Shown here piece by piece: positions 56,041 to 64,000 of a DNA stretch of 64,000 nucleotides (within the stretch, counting starts at the first letter, position 1; each line of letters starts with the position of its first letter). Origin of the DNA: a phage; sequence record NC_103192.1. One strand, given 5' to 3'. The notes under the pieces are model-generated. The model saw nothing but the letters and a program-made list of their open reading frames with translations, was not told where the DNA came from and searched no databases. A program made the position numbers and the translations under genes.

Positions 56041-56156
56041 CACCCAAGGATAAGCCACGCACCGATAAGGCGCGCCGTGTTATGGTGTGGCTGGAGATCA
56101 TCGCCCTTGAAATATTGTTAGGCGTAGGGATGTACTTTATCGCTATAAGTAACTAA
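56037..56156 (+). CDS. small membrane peptide (39 aa, below ORF-track cutoff)
   Basis: ATG overlaps upstream stop (ATGA) after GGAGG; hydrophobic C-terminal half; followed by a hairpin plus T-run at 56161-56190. Confidence 0.35.
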   Translation: MTPKDKPRTDKARRVMVWLEIIALEILLGVGMYFIAISN

Positions 56157-56295
56157 GAACGGCCCCCGATCATGGGGCTTATCTTTTTAAAAAATTTTTC
56201 TTCTAGGGTGTTGCAATCCGGTCCGAGATGTGGATAATGACAATCAACGGGGAGCCAATCCCCACCAACACAAAAAACCAGAAAGGAGAAACAAA

Positions 56296-56496
56296 ATGAG
56301 CAACAATATCCGCGTTATTAACTTCAAAAAAGAAGAAAAAATTGCCGTGCTGATTGACGGTCAAGAAATCTTCAAGGGCGATTATGAAGATCATCAAACG
56401 GCGATTAGTATCACTCGCGTGATCGGTTACCATAATTTCTACCCCCAAGGCGCTGAGGCAGCAGTTAAACGAATCAAAGAGATTGTAGGCCTGTAA
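56296..56496 (+). CDS. hypothetical protein
   Basis: ATG after AAAGGAGAAA. Confidence 0.5.
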   Translation: MSNNIRVINFKKEEKIAVLIDGQEIFKGDYEDHQTAISITRVIGYHNFYPQGAEAAVKRIKEIVGL

Positions 56497-56545
56497 AATT
56501 TATTTTTAGATGGCCTTGACATCAGGGCCATCAATAAAGTAAATT
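56497..56545 (+). promoter_or_regulatory. repeated promoter/operator cassette, copy 3
   Basis: aatttatttttagATGGCCttgacatcagGGCCATcaataaagtaaat; one substitution in the spacer. Confidence 0.5.
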
Positions 56546-56581
56546 TAAACCCTGTTAAAATAATCAGTGCAAAAAGGAGTA

Positions 56582-56887
56582 ATGATCATGTTTATACCCG
56601 CCAATAATCTTTATTTCTTTGATGGTCAGATCGTAGACGGTGTGGAAGTCGAGATCACTGGATGTCAAGGCGGTCAGGCAATGATCTTTCGCAATAGTGC
56701 CTTTAACGATCAATTCATTACAATGACCATGGAAGTTAAAAAGCTGGACGATAAGAAAACGCTCATTGACTATTCCGTGAAAGATCATCCAGACTACCAC
56801 ATGATCTATGGTGATTTGTGCATTGTTGACCGTGACAAGGTGGGCGGCATTGTGATCGCTATTGTGAACGATGTTTTCTCAAACTAA
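56582..56887 (+). CDS. hypothetical protein
   Basis: ORF after AAAAAGGAG; start 56582 or 56588. Confidence 0.5.
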   Translation: MIMFIPANNLYFFDGQIVDGVEVEITGCQGGQAMIFRNSAFNDQFITMTMEVKKLDDKKTLIDYSVKDHPDYHMIYGDLCIVDRDKVGGIVIAIVNDVFSN

Positions 56888-56904
56888 TTTCAGCAGGTGA
56901 TTTT

Positions 56905-57255
56905 ATGAAAGTAAAACTATATTACCTTAATGAGCTTAACCCCCTTGCCCAGGTCCGCGCCCTGGCTAATACCTTGATTTGTGAGAAATCTGCATATTGT
57001 GTTGAGCTTAACGCCATGCGTGAACGTCTTAAAGGGGGTTACTTTGACATCCATGCTGCAATCAACGGCCTGAATATGGGATTTATACGCTTACGTAACA
57101 GCCGCCGGAATCTGGCAAGAATGGAACAAGATCCGGCCCACCTTCGTAAGCTGGTTATTGAAAACCATCTGATGTTTAATGCCGAGGGTGATTATTACCA
57201 TTTTCACCGCAAACGCTGGTACCGTGGCGGCAATACAGGCAAGAGTGCAAAATAA
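56905..57255 (+). CDS. hypothetical protein
   Basis: 116-aa ORF. Confidence 0.5.
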   Translation: MKVKLYYLNELNPLAQVRALANTLICEKSAYCVELNAMRERLKGGYFDIHAAINGLNMGFIRLRNSRRNLARMEQDPAHLRKLVIENHLMFNAEGDYYHFHRKRWYRGGNTGKSAK

Positions 57256-57290
57256 GGCCCCAGGCAGGGCCTGCAGCGATATAATCACAT

Positions 57291-57324
57291 AAAGGCTATG
57301 CGGTTGCATGGCCTTTATTATTTT
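57291..57324 (+). terminator. intrinsic terminator
   Basis: aaaggctatgcggttgcatggccttt followed by attatttt. Confidence 0.55.
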
Positions 57325-57456
57325 AGCGTTACAGCGGCCTCCAAGGCGCTTAAAAATTTTTAAAGAAGTACTTGCATCAAGCCCTACAATATGGATAATA
57401 GGACGTGTCAGGGGGGCGGCCCCCAATCATTAACCAGATAGATAGGAGTTAAAACC

Positions 57457-57741
57457 ATGGCTATTGTTACCGCTGGCGATGTAGTAGAAATGGAAGCAAA
57501 ATACTTAAAAGCTGGTATGCATATCATCCGCAATGATCTTGATCTGGTCCTCACTATGGTTGATTATAACCCTGGTCAAGATTATCCAAGCGTTGACTAC
57601 TTTTTCCAGTATGTTGATGAAGAATTAAAAGAGGATGAGGCTTATCGGGGTGAATTTTGTAATTTCTTTTGCCCTGATGAGGTTGTAAAAGTTATTTATC
57701 AACCTGGCGTACCTTTCCCGTTGCACGCTATCAATAAATAA
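57457..57741 (+). CDS. hypothetical protein
   Basis: 94-aa ORF after ATAGGAG. Confidence 0.5.
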   Translation: MAIVTAGDVVEMEAKYLKAGMHIIRNDLDLVLTMVDYNPGQDYPSVDYFFQYVDEELKEDEAYRGEFCNFFCPDEVVKVIYQPGVPFPLHAINK

Positions 57742-57807
57742 ACCTGGAGGGGCCGATAAGGCCCCCACCCAACCTGAGATTATGAAAATAAAGAGAGACA
57801 AATCATC

Positions 57808-58041
57808 ATGATGGAACAAATTAAACGCGCTGAGGCTATTAATGGCAATGTGATCTATTTTGTCAGCAAAAACGAAAAAGGCGTACCATATGCGGCGGTA
57901 ATAGTACAGCCTGACGGCAATTATTGGTTTACTGTATACGGATCTTATTCTTTCGGGCGTCCGGTGCATGATAGAATTTTGAAAGTAGCGAACCCCACCG
58001 GGAAGAATATCACGGCAGAAAAATTTTTTGAAAATAATTGA
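57808..58041 (+). CDS. hypothetical protein
   Basis: 77-aa ORF. Confidence 0.5.
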   Translation: MMEQIKRAEAINGNVIYFVSKNEKGVPYAAVIVQPDGNYWFTVYGSYSFGRPVHDRILKVANPTGKNITAEKFFENN

Positions 58042-58119
58042 CAACGTTTTAAATTAGTTTAAGATGTATCACGTAGGGGCAAGCGCCCTATTAAACGCAA
58101 CAAGAAGAGGATAAACACC

Positions 58120-58359
58120 ATGAAAAGCAGTAAAGGTTATAACGGTTGGAAAAACTTTAATCAGTGGAACGTTGTTCTGTGGATCAATAATGACGAAAGT
58201 ATGTACTTTTTCGCCCTGGGCCTGATTAATGAGTGTGGTAATAAAGGTGCGGCGGCTGATTTGATGTGCTACCGTTTGAAACAGGAAGGGATCACCCATA
58301 CCCCTGACGGTGTGCCTTATACTAAAACCAATATCCGCGCCGCTATGGTTGGAATGTGA
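58120..58359 (+). CDS. hypothetical protein
   Basis: 79-aa ORF after AGAAGAGGA. Confidence 0.5.
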   Translation: MKSSKGYNGWKNFNQWNVVLWINNDESMYFFALGLINECGNKGAAADLMCYRLKQEGITHTPDGVPYTKTNIRAAMVGM

Positions 58360-58448
58360 TAAAATAGCTTGACACTGTTTTTTATTCTGGTATAGTTTAT
58401 CACATAGGGCGGCAATAGTGCCGCTCACAACTAAAAAGGGAAATCATC

Positions 58449-58643
58449 ATGGCGCTTAAAAAACTAACAAGCAATACTCGTTGGGATGAAATCGACGGGG
58501 AAGTTTACATTTTTGCCCGTAAACCAGGGGATCAAAAATGGTCAAAGGCTTTTACTTGCCACCCTGCAACAATAGATCTAATAAAAAGTAAAGGTTTACG
58601 TGAAGCAGTAGCGAGAAGTTTACTGATCCCTTATAAAAAATAG
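58449..58643 (+). CDS. hypothetical protein
   Basis: 64-aa ORF after AAAAAGGGAAA. Confidence 0.45.
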   Translation: MALKKLTSNTRWDEIDGEVYIFARKPGDQKWSKAFTCHPATIDLIKSKGLREAVARSLLIPYKK

Positions 58644-58703
58644 TTTGACAATATCGCACTAACCTTTAAAATGTTCTCTGTTACGTATCTTTAAAGGTGT
58701 AAC

Positions 58704-58883
58704 ATGTTCCAATCAATCATTGATGTTCTATCAGTCGCTAACAACGTGATGAACGTCATTACAATGATTAAACTTGTTGCGTGGTTTGTTTCTGGGGATT
58801 ATCGCTATACTAAGTGGCGCAAGCCAACCATAAAAGACGTAGCAAAGATCTTGTTTGAAGCAATGACAGAATATTATCTATAA
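58704..58883 (+). CDS. small hypothetical protein (59 aa, below ORF-track cutoff)
   Basis: ATG after AAAGGTG; promoter-like TTGACA at about 58644. Confidence 0.35.
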   Translation: MFQSIIDVLSVANNVMNVITMIKLVAWFVSGDYRYTKWRKPTIKDVAKILFEAMTEYYL

Positions 58884-58979
58884 CGATTATTTTTTGTTGA
58901 CATCTTGGGATTGCTCTTTTACTATTAACGTGACTCGAAGGCCGTAACTGGTACGGCCTGATTCGAAAGGTGAATTAAT

Positions 58980-59180
58980 ATGAAACGTTTTACTTATGGC
59001 GTTGTTGGTGGGTATGTATCTAACCGTTTTTACAATACCGAGCGTGGTGCTAAAAATGCCGCTACCCGTGAACATGGCAATAGTGTGAATTTACAAATTG
59101 GTTATATTAGCAACATTAGTGGTATGTTTATTCCGGTTGCTCAACGCGGCATGTATTGCATAAACTGGATGCCAATGTAA
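58980..59180 (+). CDS. hypothetical protein
   Basis: 66-aa ORF. Confidence 0.45.
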   Translation: MKRFTYGVVGGYVSNRFYNTERGAKNAATREHGNSVNLQIGYISNISGMFIPVAQRGMYCINWMPM

Positions 59181-59195
59181 AAAGGAGTAATAAAA

Positions 59196-59387
59196 ATGAA
59201 TGCCGAACAAGTTAGAAAGGTATTGGCGGTACTGCGTTATCATAATCATAGAAAGGTCATAGACGATCCTGATTATGTTGATTCAAGCCTGGAAGAAGGC
59301 ACATTGCAAGCTATAAGCCATATGCAAGAATTGCTTAAGCGTATGACAGAGAAAAACAGATCTGATTATATAGGTGACGAGATCTAA
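59196..59387 (+). CDS. hypothetical protein
   Basis: 63-aa ORF after AAAAGGAG. Confidence 0.45.
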   Translation: MNAEQVRKVLAVLRYHNHRKVIDDPDYVDSSLEEGTLQAISHMQELLKRMTEKNRSDYIGDEI

Positions 59388-59471
59388 AATAGCTTGCACA
59401 ATGTATCTGATAGTGTAAGATGTATCACGTAGGGCGGCAATGGTGCCGCTCACAACTGGAAGGAAAACACC

Positions 59472-59675
59472 ATGACTACAGCTAACCGCCTGATCGCCGT
59501 CCTGAACAAAGCAAAGGCTAACCGCCTGGATGTTCAAATCAAAGATCAAGCAAATGGCGAGATCCTTGCTACGGTGTCCGATGGCGGTTATGTATCGGAA
59601 TCATTTTTATCAGGGAGCTTAGATCATCTTGTTTGGAAATTAGAAATTATCGTGGAGGATATGCAGATCATCTAA
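59472..59675 (+). CDS. hypothetical protein
   Basis: 67-aa ORF. Confidence 0.5.
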   Translation: MTTANRLIAVLNKAKANRLDVQIKDQANGEILATVSDGGYVSESFLSGSLDHLVWKLEIIVEDMQII

Positions 59676-59684
59676 TCTTTACAA

Positions 59685-59712
59685 AACAGGGCTTGCAATG
59701 GTCCTGTTTTTT
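59685..59712 (+). terminator. intrinsic terminator
   Basis: acagggcttgcaatggtcctgt followed by tttttt. Confidence 0.65.
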
Positions 59713-59726
59713 GTTATACTTATTCT

Positions 59727-59767
59727 ACGGCAGGCACCTGGCGACGGGGGGAGACAATCACCGGGCC
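59727..59767. repeat. inverted copy (A3) of the GC-rich repeat seen at 50533-50576
   Basis: cggcaggcacctggcgacggggggagacaatcaccgggcctgcc is approximately the reverse complement of ccccggtggttgtctcccccgtcaccggtgcctgccg. Confidence 0.5.
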
Positions 59768-59879
59768 TGCCTGTCATATAAGAACTATAAAAACCGTTGA
59801 CATCTGCCATGGGGTGGGGTAACATTTATCTTGAAGGGGCAAAAGTGCCCACACAACAACCAGGAGAGAGGAAAACATT

Positions 59880-60152
59880 ATGTCAAGCTGGATTAATCAA
59901 GAAGTCGAATCACGTTTTAACGCTATTTGGGATCTCATCGAAAAAGAAGACGGAACATCAAGCCCCTACCTCAACAATTTGGAATTCCATTTTGTGGAAG
60001 CGATGAACGCAGAACATGATCACGAAGGTGGTGCGGATGAGTTCGCTAAAGGTTATGGCTTCAACAGCGCCAACGAAATGATCGAGGCGGTTGTACTCCA
60101 GGCTGAGGAAGATTATCAATTAAAAACGCTTGAATTTTGCCGCCGTAAGTAA
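59880..60152 (+). CDS. hypothetical protein
   Basis: 90-aa ORF after AGGAGAGAGGAAAA. Confidence 0.5.
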   Translation: MSSWINQEVESRFNAIWDLIEKEDGTSSPYLNNLEFHFVEAMNAEHDHEGGADEFAKGYGFNSANEMIEAVVLQAEEDYQLKTLEFCRRK

Positions 60153-60211
60153 TAAGATAATGACACGGGCCAAAAGGCCCACCAAACCAGAACCGCATAG
60201 AGGTAAACATC

Positions 60212-60475
60212 ATGAAACGTCTTGACCAGCTCAAACTAGTTCAATATATGGCTTATCGTGTTCTTGAAGTACAGAAAGGTAGCAAAAAAGAGGTTTGCGA
60301 AAAAGCGTACAAGATCTTTACTCGTAAAAAAGATGATTGGATGTTACGCCAGACCAAAAAAGCCGATATCCTGGGGTACCTGGAAGAAGAGATCCGACTT
60401 GAAGAGCAAGAAGAGATCCGCCGTAGTGAGGCAGATTATCAGGCAGCTTGGGAAAACTGGATGAGCAACAAATAA
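60212..60475 (+). CDS. hypothetical protein
   Basis: 87-aa Lys/Glu-rich ORF. Confidence 0.5.
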   Translation: MKRLDQLKLVQYMAYRVLEVQKGSKKEVCEKAYKIFTRKKDDWMLRQTKKADILGYLEEEIRLEEQEEIRRSEADYQAAWENWMSNK

Positions 60476-60618
60476 TACAACAAGTTACGGTCAGGGGGTA
60501 ATAAAGCCCCTTGATCACATAAAAATTATGCTATCCCTGGTTGACAGGGATCGGCAGTTTTGCTATATTCTTTTTTGAAGGGAAGTTGTAAGAAAATTAA
60601 CTAAGAGGTAAAAACACC

Positions 60619-61038
60619 ATGAACATTAAATCTAATAATCCGGCATATAGCTTTGATAACGCTTTTTGTCACGGTCCGGCGGCGAAAGGATTCGAAATCG
60701 ATGGTAAACTAATTATTGTCAATGTTGACGGGGAAGAGGTTGCAGTATATCCGGTGGCAGACGTTAAAAGCCGTTTGCAATGCCGCATGGATGTTACCGC
60801 CTACCAGCTTGATCCGGTCCGCATAGTTGCCCTGGTCCTGGAGGAAGAGATCAAAGCAATGCACCACAGCAACAAGTTTATTGGTGACGCTCAAGATAAT
60901 ATGAAGGTGTGCCGCCATAAAGTTAATGAAGTGCTTAAAGAATATGGCTTTAAAGATCTGATGATCAAACGTGAGGAAAAATTCCGCTACCGTAACGACC
61001 TGGCAAATCGGATTTTTGAAATATACGAATCATTATAA
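60619..61038 (+). CDS. hypothetical protein
   Basis: 139-aa ORF after AAGAGG. Confidence 0.55.
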   Translation: MNIKSNNPAYSFDNAFCHGPAAKGFEIDGKLIIVNVDGEEVAVYPVADVKSRLQCRMDVTAYQLDPVRIVALVLEEEIKAMHHSNKFIGDAQDNMKVCRHKVNEVLKEYGFKDLMIKREEKFRYRNDLANRIFEIYESL

Positions 61039-61057
61039 TTTCTTAACTGAATTATCA

Positions 61058-61083
61058 AGGGGCTTAAAGGCCCCTTTCTTTTT
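61058..61083 (+). terminator. intrinsic terminator closing the small-gene module
   Basis: aggggcttaaaggcccct followed by ttcttttt. Confidence 0.65.
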
Positions 61084-61099
61084 GTCTGCTCTTCTCCTA

Positions 61100-63600
61100 C
61101 CATAAACGGCCCCACCCGGCAAGTGGAATAATTGACTAGCCAGCAATTGCCTGCACTGTACAAACATACAGGTAAAATAGTTATTGCATAACCTTTCATT
61201 GTGTGGTAGCAGTGCCATTTTTACACGTTTTTCCTTCCAAAATTGCACGTAATGCCGCTATTGCATAAATTTTAACCTGATGCATATCTTCAATATCTTG
61301 TCAACAACTAAAAATCTTTATAAGTCATACACTTACACCACCACAAAAGCGTGTTCTACGTGAAAAATCGGGTGTAACTATAGCCGCCAGATCTCAGAAT
61401 TTACGTACGCTCACCAGTCTATAGCCTGCTAAGTATTTATTCCAACCATAGAATAACGGAATAGTCAATACCTGCATAAAATAATTATTCGTGTAAACTG
61501 CATAACATAAATCAGCCAGGGTGTCAACATTTTTCGTAAACATCTCGAAATTATCACGATGAGTTATCATAAACAGAGAAATCTTTAGTCGTCTAATGTT
61601 TACTGTACATTACTATACTGGCTGGAATCATTAGATGACTAAGAGAAAGATAAGAAATAGTTAACAATGTAATTGTTTTACCTGTAACAATAAGGCAACT
61701 ATGCAAACGAATGGCATGGCGCGACGGAGTCGCGACATAATATAAAAGCAGTAACCATCACCCCCGTGATAGTTTGTCTGCAAACTATTAATCAGATCAT
61801 AGTTGCCTTGTAGTTAGTTAATCATGACACAATAAGCAAGGCAACTATAGATCTGCTAATAGTTGCCCTGCTTTTATATTATGTCATAGAAACACCCGAA
61901 GGGGTGACCGAAGGTCACCTGGCCTAGCCAGTGAAAGATTATTAACTTGTTAATTGTTAACTTGCTAATTGTTTTCATGCAAACGAATGTCATGGCTTAT
62001 CATATCTGCGTGAACAGTGAAACATGGAAATGATAAATATGTGAACAGTTATCCATGTAAACTATTAGACATGCAAACAATCAGGTGTGCAAAAGTGACA
62101 TAGTATGTCACCAGTATGTCATAGTATGTCAGACAAGTTTTTCTCCTCTTTGTCAAGTGCTGCATGGAAAATTTACAAACTGGTATGGTAGCATTTTTGC
62201 GGCCCTGTTTACATTCAGGAGTGTATGTATAATCCTTGTTGTGTGGGCGTTTAGACGTCTGGACGGTCAGAAGTCCGCAGGTTAATATCTAATCTATTGG
62301 TTGCTAACTATATCCCACACAAATAGTAAGAAATATAATTGTTATATGCGTAAACAGTAACTCATGTTATCAATCCATGTATGGATCGCCAGTGGTGCGC
62401 ATAATGGGTATTATGTTAAATTGCCCGTAATGATAACCATTCCCACAATGATAGGTATTCTCATTCACCCCCACAAGATAGGTTGCAAATGTTGTGCCAC
62501 TGTGTGAACGGCCTCACCTATTAATTTGCCCCACTGCCTCGATATTTGAGAATTGTTATAAGAATGAGAAGTATTCCCATTCCGTCCGCCTGGCAGCACT
62601 CCAGTCGCTAACGCTCTCGGGCTGAGAGCTATGCTCGATGCTACCGGCTCCTGACAGGGAGGCACTCCTGTAGGACAGGTCAAAATCGGGGCATAACTGG
62701 ACCCCCCTTCAGATATTTCTGGCTGACTCTTCAGGTCTGTGTGGGAAAAGCCAACCTCTCCGGCAGAGGGGAGGGGGTCAATTAAAAAATTTACGTGGTG
62801 TATGAAGCGCTCTTCAGGCAAGGTGTGTATTATGGGAGGAATCACTCTTCAGGTGATGATATTTGTGGGTGTGATATTTGCTGGAAAGCCAGATATGACG
62901 GGACTCCCGGCGGGGCAGGGGTAGTACAGACAGGGAAAATGTGGAGAATGTGGTGGGTAAATTGATCAGGCAGGTAGAGTATGAAATATGTTACAGGTAT
63001 GTTAAATATGGAGGGTGAATATCTGTAAGATTTGTGTGTAAAATCAAAGACTTAAGTGGTGTTGTGGTATTTTCTATAAATAATTCAAGTTTAATAGGTA
63101 ATATTTGTCTCTATCCACTTTGTGTGGTAACCAGATTCAGATGAAATTGGTTTACAAGTGTATACATAATATACAAATTAAAGATACAAGAAACCCCCCT
63201 CCCCCTTCGGCTACCATTCACCTTTTCCTCTGACTGGTACTTAAACACTTATTCAGACTCTTCAGGTTATCACCCATATATCATATGGCAGTGACTGGTG
63301 TCCTCCGGCCCCTCTTTCGTCACCCGTCCGCTTCGCCATGCTAATGCCATAGCCAAAGGTTCGGTTGTTCACCCTGTTCACTCAGGTGTATCTCCATACC
63401 CCTTCAAACCGAAGAGAACAGAAAACCCGAATTACTCGGTAAAAGAAAAGAGAAGAACTTAATTTTATCAGGATAGGCAAGAATGTCAAGGCATGACTGC
63501 TCACTAAACAAGCAAACAGTCATGTGTGGGAGGTAAGTGATTGTGGTGGTAGGAAATTTAGTTGAAAGATGTGTTATAGGTGCTTCCAGCACTTTAGCCG
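61100..63600. repeat. 2.5-kb non-coding, repeat-dense region
   Basis: no convincing ORF; ggcaactat/atagttgcc x4 in alternating orientation (61691-61879); 18-bp inverted repeat gacataatataaaagcag / ctgcttttatattatgtc; agtatgtca x3 (62098-62135); ctcttcagg x4; attgcataa x3. Confidence 0.5.
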
Positions 63601-63616
63601 GGCAGCTAATTGTGTG

Positions 63617-63832
63617 TCAGTCCAGCGGTTCATCTACTACTTCACTGAAATCAATGTTCAGAGTCTCTTCCCAACCATCGATCTCAGCACAAGAGTGGAG
63701 TTCTTTAGGGTTTACTCCCAAAGCCTCAGCAACAGAGTCTATATTTAACACCTCTGGCAGGTATGATTCATCGAATTCAAGGTAAATCAGGCCACGAGTG
63801 TTGTCAGCTCCACCAAATATTTCTATCTTCAT
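63617..63832 (-). CDS. hypothetical acidic protein
   Basis: 71-aa ORF with AGAGGAG 5 nt upstream of ATG on the minus strand. Confidence 0.5.
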   Translation of the reverse strand: MKIEIFGGADNTRGLIYLEFDESYLPEVLNIDSVAEALGVNPKELHSCAEIDGWEETLNIDFSEVVDEPLD

Positions 63833-64000
63833 AAAATCTCCTCTGGAAATGAGAGTGTGAACAGGGTTATACGTTCCAATGCACTGGAATTTATATACGT
63901 TTGCCTCTTCAGGCCATGCTTTAGCATGATAAACTTGTGTGGGCTCGGTACTTCATAGTCTGCCACCTCTGAACTCTTCGTTCTCAGGCATGATAGAGAA

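Noticed and set aside
62085-62924. ORFs 62085-62285 (+), 62465-62845 (-) and 62739-62924 (+) within the large non-coding region
   Set aside because: No ribosome-binding sites and low-complexity or repeat-derived translations; retained only as part of the repeat region.
1-64000. tRNA genes, rRNA, integrase or attachment sites, toxin-antitoxin pairs
   Set aside because: Scanning for tRNA T-loop/D-loop signatures (GGTTCGAATCC-like, AGCTCAGTTGG-like), recombinase motifs and rRNA-like segments found nothing convincing; cannot be fully excluded without tRNAscan or Infernal.

Overview
This 64-kb window reads as a contiguous piece of a large, virulent, tailed dsDNA phage genome; no integrase, attachment site, rRNA, tRNA or CRISPR array was seen. 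It divides into five blocks. (1) 1-14.9 kb, plus strand: late virion genes, including two paralogous tail fibers, a tailspike-like protein and a giant 1877-aa protein with an Ig-like Big_2 domain. (2) 15-22 kb, minus strand: an accessory block with small Cys-rich proteins, a HAD-type phosphatase, a metallopeptidase-like/vWA protein and an HNH-like protein. (3) 22-46 kb, plus strand: replication and DNA-metabolism genes - MoxR/CobS-like AAA+ ATPase, SleB-type hydrolase, rIIA, rIIB, Dda-like helicase, an N6-adenine and a C5-like DNA methyltransferase, primase-helicase, a family A DNA polymerase, an SSB-like protein and an HNH endonuclease. The polymerase gene is interrupted twice: by a 323-aa intein and by a 328-nt ORF-less group I intron whose P, Q, R and S core elements are readable in the sequence. 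(4) 46-61 kb: about 40 small genes, most with their own sigma70-like promoter, a short GC hairpin and a CA-rich leader; one encodes a TARG1/DarG-type macro domain, a candidate anti-defence factor. (5) 49.8-50.9 kb and 61.1-63.6 kb: non-coding, repeat-dense regions (iteron-like tandem repeats, a GC-rich repeat family, short inverted and direct repeats) that could be origin, packaging or regulatory sites. All functional calls rest on motifs read by eye; no database search or RNA folding was run. A Gram-negative host is an inference from the rII genes and promoter style.
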